Assembly: GCA_029571225.1 (NCBI GenBank)
Contig: JAKPTF010000013.1
Span: 16,344 to 80,343, forward strand
Length of the DNA stretch: 64,000 nt
Direction of reading: 5' to 3'
Source: Candidatus Omnitrophota bacterium
Lineage (GTDB): Bacteria; Omnitrophota; Gorgyraeia; Gygaellales; Profunditerraquicolaceae
A model generated the notes under the pieces. The model had not been told where the DNA came from and made no database searches. It saw only the letters and a list, made by a program, of their open reading frames with translations. Positions within the stretch are counted from its first letter, which is position 1, and the number at the start of each line of letters is the position of its first letter. A program made the position numbers and the translations under genes. Of this stretch, positions 28,931-37,492 are shown in pieces.

Positions 28931-30687
28931 TGAAGATTATGTTCGCCGATGAGCGGGGGGTGCTTCTGATTATCTCGATGGTCGTGATGGTTGTCCTGGC
29001 TGTCTTGACCTCCGTGTACCTCATGACCGTGGTGACCGAGAAGCATTCAACGGATACCGAGCGCTTTGTAATACAGGCAGTGCATCTTGCCGAAGCGGGT
29101 GCTAATCTTGCCTGGGCCGAAATGCGCGCGCGCATCGAAACGGACCTTCGCACACGCATCGAGAATTATACGCCGCGCAACCAGCAGGGTAATGCCCTTA
29201 TGGCGTACGTGACCGGAAACGCCGCCCTTGAATTCCTGAGGGATTACGCCTACCCGGCGTCAGGGACTCAGTTCTCTATACATGACGATGAGGCGGTATT
29301 GACGATCGCGACCGACGTCAATAGCGACCTTGATTCTGCCATTGAAGGTGATACGATTACCTCTGTTTTGCGCATTACCTCGCGCCAGGCTCCGACCGGT
29401 GACGCTGCCAATCAGATATACAGGTTCTATTACCGCTATACGGTGGAAGCCACGGCGCGGCTGACACGGTTCAATCCTCCGTTGGTCAAGACGATTGCCT
29501 TTGCCCCAAACGATTTTGACCTTGTCGTGCGGCAGGACAACTTCGCCAAATACGCGCTGTTCACGTTCCACCACCGCACGCCTTCGGGAACGACCGTGTG
29601 GTTCACCGCAGACACGAATTTCTTCGGCCCGGTGCATACCAATGAGCGGTTCAGCTTCGCCAATAACCCTTCGGCGCACTTCACCAATGAGGTTACCCAG
29701 TCGCAGGCCACTGCCCGTTTTTACAACAACGGCAGTTCCATCTTGCTTGATGACGACCGCAACGGTTCGCGCGACGTGCCCGTGTTCGACAACGGATTCC
29801 TGAGATCACAGGATACGATTCCGCTTCCCGCTGCGATCTCGCAGACCGAATTGCGCGAGGCTGCGCTGGGCGGCATGGCAGTGCCCGGCGCGTCAAGCCC
29901 CGGGGTGTACGTGCCCGAATCTGGCGGGACCCTGACAGGAGGGATATATCTTAACGGCAATAGCGGGCAATCATCCGATAATCCCAAAGTTACGCTGTCG
30001 GTTGATGCATCGAATAACCCCGTTTATACGATAACACAGCATATACATCCTGTCGATCATACGACAGTCATCACGGTTGACAACTCTGCCAATACGACGA
30101 CCGTTGTAAGAGACGGCGTATCAACGACCTATAACGGCAGGCCTGATGGCGCGACCCATGAAGGCACGATCATATACGCCAATGACGACATATCCGGTTT
30201 GTCAGGGACCGTGCAGCAGGATACGCAGATCACCGTTTCCAGCGAACGCGACATTGTAATCACGGGAAACGTAATGTATCAGGGATACAACACAACTCCG
30301 TCTTTGAACGCAGCGGGGTATAACAACCTTATGGGCATCCTGTCCTGGGGAGGCAATGTGCGGATCGGCACGACTGCTCCTAATGACGTCAACGTTCATG
30401 CGGTCGTCATGGCGCCGCATGGCGTATTTACCGTTGATAATTATGATTCCGGGATTTCGCGCGGCACGGCTACTTTGCTCGGAGGCGTAATTTCAGACTG
30501 GTACGGGGCATTCGGAACATTTTCCGGTACTTCAGGCATGAGAACGGGATACGGCAGAAATTTCATATACGACAACCGCGTACTTCAGGGTATGGCGCCG
30601 CCTTATTTTCCGTATATGGACAGATTCACTATCGACAATCCCGTTGAACTTTCCAGGAAAATGATCTGGCGCGAACTGGACGAATAA
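28930..30687 (+). CDS. Large PilX_N-anchored pilus-associated protein (candidate tip/adhesin subunit)
   Basis: 585 aa. ERGVLLIISMVVMVVLAVLTSVYL...AVHLAEAGANLAWAEM N-terminus. The C-terminal region GNVRIGTTAPNDVNVHAVVMAPHGVFTV...LLGGVISDWYG resembles the ends of PilX-like proteins. Confidence 0.55.
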   Translation: MKIMFADERGVLLIISMVVMVVLAVLTSVYLMTVVTEKHSTDTERFVIQAVHLAEAGANLAWAEMRARIETDLRTRIENYTPRNQQGNALMAYVTGNAALEFLRDYAYPASGTQFSIHDDEAVLTIATDVNSDLDSAIEGDTITSVLRITSRQAPTGDAANQIYRFYYRYTVEATARLTRFNPPLVKTIAFAPNDFDLVVRQDNFAKYALFTFHHRTPSGTTVWFTADTNFFGPVHTNERFSFANNPSAHFTNEVTQSQATARFYNNGSSILLDDDRNGSRDVPVFDNGFLRSQDTIPLPAAISQTELREAALGGMAVPGASSPGVYVPESGGTLTGGIYLNGNSGQSSDNPKVTLSVDASNNPVYTITQHIHPVDHTTVITVDNSANTTTVVRDGVSTTYNGRPDGATHEGTIIYANDDISGLSGTVQQDTQITVSSERDIVITGNVMYQGYNTTPSLNAAGYNNLMGILSWGGNVRIGTTAPNDVNVHAVVMAPHGVFTVDNYDSGISRGTATLLGGVISDWYGAFGTFSGTSGMRTGYGRNFIYDNRVLQGMAPPYFPYMDRFTIDNPVELSRKMIWRELDE

Positions 30688-30690
30688 AAA

Positions 30691-30927
30691 ATGAAAAAAA
30701 ACACTATACTTTTTTTGGGATTAGTGGTAATATGTGTTGTGGTAGTTATAGTTATGAACATTGTTCTTAATATTTCAGAAGAAAAAGCTTCGGAACAACC
30801 GTTTTATAAACCGCCTGCACGTACTTCTTTGCAACAACATGAGGCGCAGCCGGTTATCTCAGAGTCATCACCTCCGGCTCAGCCGGAACATGAGGCTTCG
30901 GTAAGCAACGGCACCATATTATTCTAA
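30691..30927 (+). CDS. Small single-pass membrane protein, Pro/Gln-rich tail
   Basis: MKKNTILFLGLVVICVVVVIVMNIVL TM segment followed by a low-complexity tail. It sits between the pilin block and pilM and is tightly spaced (3 nt gaps). Confidence 0.4.
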   Translation: MKKNTILFLGLVVICVVVVIVMNIVLNISEEKASEQPFYKPPARTSLQQHEAQPVISESSPPAQPEHEASVSNGTILF

Positions 30928-30930
30928 CGG

Positions 30931-31956
30931 ATGATACCATTCATAGGTAAGTTCTCTTCTCGGTTCGAACCTGAGAAAGTATCGATCGGCCTGAATATAG
31001 GCGTGTCAACCATCAAGCTGGCAAAGCTCAAGTTCGGCAGGGATAACATCGAACTTACGGGATATGCCATTGAGCCCAGCGTATTCGACCAGGAAGAGAT
31101 TCTCAAGAGATTAATCCAGTCGCAGTCCATCAGATCCGTCAATATTTCCCTGTCGGGCCAGCAGGCCATCATACGGTATATCGAGCTGTTGCGCATGACC
31201 CCTTCAGAGCTGAAACAGGCGCTCAAATTCGAGGCCCAGAAGCATATCCCTTTCCCGATATCTGAAGTCAATATAGACGGCTGCATCATAAAGGATAATC
31301 TCCCCGATAATAAAATGCGTGTATTGCTTGCCGCGGTCAAGAAAGAGTCCCTTGACCAGAAGCTAAAGCAGATGCGCCAGCTGGGCATAGACGTTTCTCT
31401 TGTCGAGATCGATTCCATCTCCCTCATCAATGCCTTTAATTTCAGCTATCAGGACGATCCTGACGTGAAGAATAAGGCCGTAGGCCTTATCAATATAGGA
31501 TCCGCGACCAGCAACCTGAACATACTTGAGGCTGGGGTTCCCATGCTTTCCCGCGACATCCCGATAGGCGGGAATCATTTCACGCAGCGCATCGCCGACG
31601 TTATGGGGACGGATTTCAAGTCGGCCGAAGCCATGAAGATGAGCGCTGAAAAGGCCCAGCGCGAGAAGGTATCGTCGGCAATCGAAACGATCCTGGCGAA
31701 GCTGGCGCAGGAAATCCGGACGTCCTTCGATTATTACGAAAGCCGCAGCGTATCATCGGTGGAGAAGATATTCATTTCCGGAGGCGCCACTCTCTACGAA
31801 GGGTTCAAGGATATGCTCGGCGGGTTTCTCGGCCTGACGGTCGAGAACTGGGACCCGTTCAAGAAGATAACCATCGCGTCAGCTCTAGACGCGGCAAAGG
31901 TCAGGTCCGTCGGCAGCCAGCTCGCCGTAGCCATCGGCCTTGCGTTACGGGGTTAG
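30931..31956 (+). CDS. pilM: Type IV pilus assembly protein PilM (actin-like ATPase fold)
   Basis: 341 aa. IGLNIGVSTIKLAKL, INIGSATSNLNIL, FISGGATLYEGF. It is followed by pilN/O. Confidence 0.85.
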   Translation: MIPFIGKFSSRFEPEKVSIGLNIGVSTIKLAKLKFGRDNIELTGYAIEPSVFDQEEILKRLIQSQSIRSVNISLSGQQAIIRYIELLRMTPSELKQALKFEAQKHIPFPISEVNIDGCIIKDNLPDNKMRVLLAAVKKESLDQKLKQMRQLGIDVSLVEIDSISLINAFNFSYQDDPDVKNKAVGLINIGSATSNLNILEAGVPMLSRDIPIGGNHFTQRIADVMGTDFKSAEAMKMSAEKAQREKVSSAIETILAKLAQEIRTSFDYYESRSVSSVEKIFISGGATLYEGFKDMLGGFLGLTVENWDPFKKITIASALDAAKVRSVGSQLAVAIGLALRG

Positions 31957-31959
31957 TGA

Positions 31960-32550
31960 ATGATAGAAATTAATTTGCTGCCTGAAGAGCTCCGGGTCAA
32001 GAAGAAAGCTGTCAAGGAAACGCCCGATAAGCCTACCCAGCTGGACAATCTTATATACGTAATACCGGCGATACTGCTGGTCGTCATTCTTATCCACCTC
32101 TACATGGGCATCGTGTTCTTCGCCCGCAGCAGGGTCCTGGCCGGCCTCGAAAAGACATGGAAAAAGCTTGAGCCGCAGCGCGCCCAGATCATGGGCCTGA
32201 AGAACGTGCTTACGGCCGAATCGGCGGACGCGCGGACCGTCCAGGCATTGCTCGCCAGACGCGTGCGCGTGGCGCCGAAATTGAATAAATTAAGCCTGGA
32301 TCTTCTGCCGGGTATCTGGTTTAACAGCGTAACGTTCGACCAGAAGAATCTCGTAGCGCGGGCGTCGGTGGTATCGCTCAAGATGGACGAAATGGACGTG
32401 ATCAATACCTTTGTCGATACTTTAAAGGAAGATAAAGATTTCAGCGCTGACTTCACAAATATTGAAGTAGGTTCGGTTCAGCGTAAAATGGTCGGGACAT
32501 ACGACGTGGTCGATTTTGTTTTGACCGCGACGATTGCTCCGAAAGGGTAG
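31960..32550 (+). CDS. pilN: Type IV pilus assembly protein PilN
   Basis: MIEINLLPEELR N-terminus, a single TM, and its position after pilM. Confidence 0.75.
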   Translation: MIEINLLPEELRVKKKAVKETPDKPTQLDNLIYVIPAILLVVILIHLYMGIVFFARSRVLAGLEKTWKKLEPQRAQIMGLKNVLTAESADARTVQALLARRVRVAPKLNKLSLDLLPGIWFNSVTFDQKNLVARASVVSLKMDEMDVINTFVDTLKEDKDFSADFTNIEVGSVQRKMVGTYDVVDFVLTATIAPKG

Positions 32551-32552
32551 GC

Positions 32553-33158
32553 ATGATTCCGTTTCTAAACGACATCGCGCACGATAAGAAAAAACTGGCC
32601 GCGACGATTGTGGGGCTGCTGGTGTTTCTTTACGTCGATTTTGCGTTCGTGATAGGCGGCCAGATAAAGGGCGCCAACGCCATCAAGAAAAAAATCGTTG
32701 CCCTTCGCAAGGATATCGACGCGTTCAATAGCGACAGCGCGTTTGTCAAAAAGACTTCTTTGCCGTCATCCGCGCCCATTGCGCTTAAGAAACTGCCGAC
32801 CGAGCGCGAGATTCCGTCCGTCATGCAGGCAATATCGGCGATCGCCAATGAGAACGGTGTCAGGATAATGCAGATCGACGCGTCGCGAGATGTCAAGACA
32901 TCCAAAATGGGGGCCGCGCAATCGGGGCCCAAAAAAGGCGCAAAAGGCGGCCAGCAGGCGGACATTGCCGCCGGCCTTATGCCGGTCAATATCAGACTGG
33001 ATATCGTGACCGGATATCACAATCTCGGGAATTTCATAAACGGGATTGAGAACGCGGAGAAGCTTTGCATCATCGATGGGATGACCATCAACCGCGACGC
33101 TTCAAATCCGCTCAAACAGAATGTCAGCCTGGTCGTGAAAACGTATGTCAAAAGGTAA
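32553..33158 (+). CDS. pilO: PilO-like pilus assembly protein
   Basis: Single TM (LAATIVGLLVFLYVDFAFVIGG), a coiled-coil, a ferredoxin-like C-terminus, and syntenic position. Confidence 0.6.
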   Translation: MIPFLNDIAHDKKKLAATIVGLLVFLYVDFAFVIGGQIKGANAIKKKIVALRKDIDAFNSDSAFVKKTSLPSSAPIALKKLPTEREIPSVMQAISAIANENGVRIMQIDASRDVKTSKMGAAQSGPKKGAKGGQQADIAAGLMPVNIRLDIVTGYHNLGNFINGIENAEKLCIIDGMTINRDASNPLKQNVSLVVKTYVKR

Positions 33159-33570
33159 GAGATTCATATATTCCGGGCTTCTTTCAATCCTTTTGCCTGC
33201 GGCAATATTAGTTTCGCAGGCCCACTCAGCCCCGAAACAGGAACCAAAAAGCTCCGAGCCCCTGCCGTTGCCGCCACCCGATTACGTGTATGAAACAGGT
33301 AATAAGCGCGATCCTTTTATTCCGCTTATCACGTCTGACGGCAGGTTTGTGCCGCTTGAAAAGACTCCCGGGGAGGAATCGGAGTCCGTTCTTAAAGTCG
33401 AAGGCATCATTTATGATAAATTCGGCTTGTCGTATGCGATCGTGGACGGGTCCGTTGTCAAAATAGGGGATTTGATATCGGATTACCAGGTCCTTGCGAT
33501 CGAGGAGAAGAAGGTCATTTTCATACGTGAGGGTCAGCTCAAAGAAGTGCCACTGAAAAAGGAGGAGTGA
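33145..33570 (+). CDS. PilP-like periplasmic pilus assembly protein
   Basis: Signal peptide, KRDPFIPL motif, C-terminal beta domain (LKVEGIIYDKFGLSYAIVDGSVVKIGDLI), and position before the secretin. Confidence 0.5.
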   Translation: MSKGKRFIYSGLLSILLPAAILVSQAHSAPKQEPKSSEPLPLPPPDYVYETGNKRDPFIPLITSDGRFVPLEKTPGEESESVLKVEGIIYDKFGLSYAIVDGSVVKIGDLISDYQVLAIEEKKVIFIREGQLKEVPLKKEE

Positions 33571-33571
33571 G

Positions 33572-35260
33572 ATGAAATACGCTGCAGCCGGGATTCTCAT
33601 ATTGTGCATGTTAGTAGTTGCGGGGCCGTTCGGCGCGTTCGCGCAGATTCCGGCACAGGAAGACCGTTTGGCGGCCGGTGGAGTCCAGGCCCCGGCAGCC
33701 ATGCCTGACAGCCTTGCCGCTGCGGAAAATGTTACCCTCGATTTCAAGGAAGCCGATATACATAACGTGCTTAAGATCCTCGCCCAGAAATCGGGTTTGA
33801 ATATAGTCTCGACGCCTGACGTCATGGGAACGGTTACGATCAAATTGACAGATGTTCCCTGGGAGCGGGCTCTCGATATTATCCTGAAATCCAACGGCTT
33901 CGGCTTTCAGCGCCAGGGCAACGTCATCCTCGTCACCAAGATCGAGAATATGGCAAAGATCCAGTCCGACGAGCCTCTGCGCACGGAAATCGTAAATCTG
34001 AAATTCCTTGATGCCCAGGATGCCCAGCGCATCCTGATACCGATGCTTTCCGCCCGGGGCAAGGTCTCTATCCTTTATACGAGAGGCCAGAAGGGATGGC
34101 AGTTCGGTTCGTTCAAGATCGGAGGAGAGACGGCCGCCACCACGGCGCTGCAGAAGGAATCAGCCGAGAAGCCCAGGCAGGAGATAATCGCAGTCGAGAA
34201 AACCGGAGAGGGCAAATTTACTGCTGCAAAGATCGATTATGAGCCGTCCATAAAATCGAAGACCCTGCTGATCACGGACACGGATTCGACACTCGACCGT
34301 ATCATCAACCAGATATTGCCGAAGATCGACCGCAAACCGCGACAGGTCCTGATCGAGGCCAGGATCATGGAAGTCAACACGGACAAACTCAAGGATATCG
34401 GGTTTGATTATGCCACAGGAACGACGGGAGCGGAATCCACGACGCTTCAGACCGTGAACCTCGCTGCCAAAGGCGGTTCGTTTACGCAGAGCGGCGCCGG
34501 CTCGCTGGCGACATCCCTGGTTACTCCGGCCGCGTTCGGCCCGAAAGCAAGCGGCGCATCCGGCATACTCGGTGCGTATCCTTACAACCTGGGCCTTGAG
34601 CTCATGTTCAAGAAGCTGACCGGGACGCAGTTCGAGGTCCTCATGCATGCGCTTGAAGAGGATGTGAACACCAATACCCTGTCTGCGCCGCGCATCCTGA
34701 CGCTCGACAATCAGGAGGCCTCGATGCTGGTCGGATACCACACGCCGATCCTCAAGGCAGAGGTATCCAGCGATTCAACCAGCGGCACGTCAAAGCTGAC
34801 GCAGACGCTTGACTATTACCAGGAGATCGGTATCCGGCTGAATGTTGTGCCGCAGATCAGCCAGGAAGGATACATCAACATGATCATCCACCCGAGCATT
34901 ACGTCGTCGGCGTCGAGCGTATCCGCCACGTCGTATTCGGGAACCGCCAACTCTACGATCAGTTATCCGGTCATCGACGTGCGTGAGGCGCAGACGCAGA
35001 TCCTCATGAAGGACGGCGAAACAATCGTTATCGGAGGACTGCTCAAGGACGTCAAGACGGTCGGAAGATCAGGCGTCCCGTTTTTAGGCAAACTGCCTCT
35101 GATCGGAATATTTTTCAGCAGGGAGACCGTGGATACGGCTAAAATCGATCTGTTGATATTCATCAATGCTCGCATTATCGATGAAGACCAGTATTCAGGG
35201 CCCGAGATCAGCAGGCTGGAAAACGCGTTCAACTACAAGAAGGATAAGGGGAAGAAATAA
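33572..35260 (+). CDS. pilQ: Secretin PilQ/GspD family
   Basis: Signal peptide. N0/secretin_N (VTLDFKEADIHNVLKILAQKSGLNIV...VPWERALDIIL). C-terminal secretin core (LSAPRILTLDNQEASMLVG...GVPFLGKLPLIGIFF). Confidence 0.85.
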   Translation: MKYAAAGILILCMLVVAGPFGAFAQIPAQEDRLAAGGVQAPAAMPDSLAAAENVTLDFKEADIHNVLKILAQKSGLNIVSTPDVMGTVTIKLTDVPWERALDIILKSNGFGFQRQGNVILVTKIENMAKIQSDEPLRTEIVNLKFLDAQDAQRILIPMLSARGKVSILYTRGQKGWQFGSFKIGGETAATTALQKESAEKPRQEIIAVEKTGEGKFTAAKIDYEPSIKSKTLLITDTDSTLDRIINQILPKIDRKPRQVLIEARIMEVNTDKLKDIGFDYATGTTGAESTTLQTVNLAAKGGSFTQSGAGSLATSLVTPAAFGPKASGASGILGAYPYNLGLELMFKKLTGTQFEVLMHALEEDVNTNTLSAPRILTLDNQEASMLVGYHTPILKAEVSSDSTSGTSKLTQTLDYYQEIGIRLNVVPQISQEGYINMIIHPSITSSASSVSATSYSGTANSTISYPVIDVREAQTQILMKDGETIVIGGLLKDVKTVGRSGVPFLGKLPLIGIFFSRETVDTAKIDLLIFINARIIDEDQYSGPEISRLENAFNYKKDKGKK

Positions 35261-35323
35261 GGCTTCGGGGCCGGATCAGATTATTGAGCGATGATAATAG
35301 GATTCGGCCCTTTTATTTTGAAT

Positions 35324-35749
35324 ATGAAACCCACAGGCCCGAAAAAAAACGATGACGGGTTCACGCTGGTAGAGCTTATGCTCGCCTCGTCAATCCTTGC
35401 CGTGGTCCTTACCGGCTTGATACAGCTCTTTCTCGCGTGCCGTTACCTTAATGAGTCAAACCAGAATCTTGTTGTAGCGGTGGCGCATGCGCAATTCGTG
35501 ACCGAAGCGATTAAGGGATCTTCGACGAGCGTTTCTACTATCGAGGCTGCCATCAATAACGGCTCCTGGAACCTGTCTTCGGACGACCTGGTTGAGGCGC
35601 CCTACGAGTTTAGCGGGCTGTATAACGAGTCGGTGACCGCTGAGGTGTTCCAGCCGGGGAATCCTTTGGGTTTCAATGTTACTGTTCGCTGGAGGCAGGG
35701 GAGCATGGTGGACCATGAATATGTGATCCGGACGGCGGTGTCGCAGTGA
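35324..35749 (+). CDS. Minor pilin / pseudopilin (prepilin-type)
   Basis: MKPTGPKKNDDG|FTLVELMLASSILAVVLTGLIQLF. Coordinates are taken from the ORF track (35291 frame). Confidence 0.7.
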   Translation: MKPTGPKKNDDGFTLVELMLASSILAVVLTGLIQLFLACRYLNESNQNLVVAVAHAQFVTEAIKGSSTSVSTIEAAINNGSWNLSSDDLVEAPYEFSGLYNESVTAEVFQPGNPLGFNVTVRWRQGSMVDHEYVIRTAVSQ

Positions 35750-36270
35750 ATGAGCGCGCGTTCACGGTCTTGGAGTTGATGGTTGCGGCTGCCATCTTCA
35801 TTTTTATAATCGCCGGGATTTACGGCATCATGAACGCCGGCAGGTCAGTGTATGACGCAGATATGGGCAGGCTTGACCTGCAGGCAGCTGCGCGGCGCGC
35901 GCTCGATACAGTGACCTCCGAGATACGCCAGTCATCCATGTCCAATATTTCGATCCTGGATAGCGGGGCCAGGATCGTGTTTGAAATCCCGTCTGATATC
36001 TCTTCAGGTTCGGCCTCGTATTCCGGCCCCATATCGTATTACCTGAACGATGATTCGCAGCTCATCAGGGAATATCCGTCAGGGACCGAGAATGTAGTGG
36101 CGCAGTATGTGTCTTGGCTGGAATTCTGCTGCTGGGACGGTTCATCGTGCGCAGCCGGCTGCAACGGAGCGGATTCCCTTATAGTTCGCATGGGCTTTAA
36201 CAGGACCTACAAACAGAGGGCCATGGTTTTGAACGTAACCGAGAACGTGGTGGCCAGGAATGATTTCTAA
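35746..36270 (+). CDS. Minor pilin-like protein (A at -1)
   Basis: GTG start overlaps the upstream stop. MNERA|FTVLELMVAAAIFIFIIAGIYGIM with E+5. Confidence 0.6.
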   Translation: MNERAFTVLELMVAAAIFIFIIAGIYGIMNAGRSVYDADMGRLDLQAAARRALDTVTSEIRQSSMSNISILDSGARIVFEIPSDISSGSASYSGPISYYLNDDSQLIREYPSGTENVVAQYVSWLEFCCWDGSSCAAGCNGADSLIVRMGFNRTYKQRAMVLNVTENVVARNDF

Positions 36271-37417
36271 TAACAAAGGTTCGGCGCTTATAATAGTATA
36301 TATGATCGTCGCGGTCTTGACGATCCTGGGCACCGGCATCATGTCGAGGGAGCTGAGCGAGATTAAATATACCCAACGGTATTCGGATGCGGTAAGGGCC
36401 TTCTGGTACGCTGAAGCGGGCATACATAAGGAATTATACACCCTGAACCACTCAGATGCCAACATCACCTGGCCCGGCTCCGGCGAGATCAGCAATGTCG
36501 AGATATCCGATATTTCATCCACCAGCAAGCTCATCAACGTGACCGGATACGCTGGCAACAGTACAAGCACTATCAGCGTTGTCGCGGTGCAATCCGGGTC
36601 AATATTCAACTTTGCCGCTTTCGGCAACACGTCATTGAGCATGTCTGGCCAGGGAAGCGTCAGCAGCTATAATTCTACGTCAGACCCGACCGCGTCTACG
36701 AACCTCAATAACGGAGATATAGGCACCAACGGCGATATAACCATGTCAGGCCAGGCGTTTGTGTACGGCGACGCCTCTACAGGCCCGGACGGCGAATTCG
36801 AGGATGAGGACCATGATTATATTTCAGGTGACGTTTCCCATGCATCGGATGTTTCCCTGCCGGAGGTCAACATCCCGTCGTCGGTGGCCAACGCGACTCT
36901 GGGCAGCAGTGTCACCTCGTCGTGGGCGCCGGCTGCCGGGGATTACCGAATCCCGTCCATATCGCTTTCCGGAAAGAACACAATCACCCTGACCGGCCCG
37001 ACCAATCTGTATTTGACCAGCACCGGCACGGCTTTATCGGTTACCGGCCAGGCGAAGATTGTAATCTCTAACGCCAGCACAGGACCGGTCACCATTTATA
37101 CGCCCGGCGATATATCCCTTGCCGGCCAGGGCATCACTAATGAGGCGGCGACGCCTTCGAAACTGCTTATTTACGGCACAAGTACGACCTCGCAGTCCTT
37201 CGCGTGCTCGGGACAGGGCGACTTCTACGGGGCTTATTACGCTCCAAACGGGGATATCCGATTAACCGGCCAGGGGGACCTGTACGGATCGTTCATCGGC
37301 AACACCGTGGCTATATCCGGGCAGGGGAGCCTTAAATACGACGAAGCGCTCAAGTCGCTGAATACAGGATCCGGTTCGTATTCTATCGCGGCGTGGAAGG
37401 AATCCCGTGATTTTTAG
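36260..37417 (+). CDS. PilX_N-type pilus protein with repeated (S/T/A)GQG beta-helix-like motifs
   Basis: NKGSALIIVYMIVAVLTILGTGIM...AFWYAEAGIHK. The C-terminal half carries MSGQGSV, MSGQAFV, LSGKNTI, VTGQAKI, LAGQGIT, CSGQGDF, LTGQGDL and ISGQGSL. Confidence 0.55.
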   Translation: MISNNKGSALIIVYMIVAVLTILGTGIMSRELSEIKYTQRYSDAVRAFWYAEAGIHKELYTLNHSDANITWPGSGEISNVEISDISSTSKLINVTGYAGNSTSTISVVAVQSGSIFNFAAFGNTSLSMSGQGSVSSYNSTSDPTASTNLNNGDIGTNGDITMSGQAFVYGDASTGPDGEFEDEDHDYISGDVSHASDVSLPEVNIPSSVANATLGSSVTSSWAPAAGDYRIPSISLSGKNTITLTGPTNLYLTSTGTALSVTGQAKIVISNASTGPVTIYTPGDISLAGQGITNEAATPSKLLIYGTSTTSQSFACSGQGDFYGAYYAPNGDIRLTGQGDLYGSFIGNTVAISGQGSLKYDEALKSLNTGSGSYSIAAWKESRDF

Positions 37418-37492
37418 AATTTTAATAAACAGGCGGATGACGCCGATTCTTTTAGCTTGCGCGCTGCAGGTAACTGTTGTAGACTAACAAAT

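Noticed and set aside
35341-35351. A8-A9 homopolymer tracts as candidate phase-variation switches, for example in the leader of the minor pilin at 35324, at 30697 in the small membrane ORF, and at 56647 in the AP-family gene.
   Set aside because: Similar A8 tracts occur in housekeeping genes (miaA near 9298, grpE near 14521, the obg/proB overlap near 40811). They appear to reflect Lys-codon usage rather than contingency loci.
35291-35749. An apparent 1-nt inconsistency when I hand-translated this minor pilin. The ATG seemed to fall at 35292 and the G-run near 35699-35702 seemed one G short, hinting at a frameshift.
   Set aside because: The supplied ORF track gives an intact 152-codon ORF. 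The overlapping - strand ORF (35456-35716) translation also requires the extra G. This is most likely my counting error in a homopolymer, so ORF-track coordinates were used.
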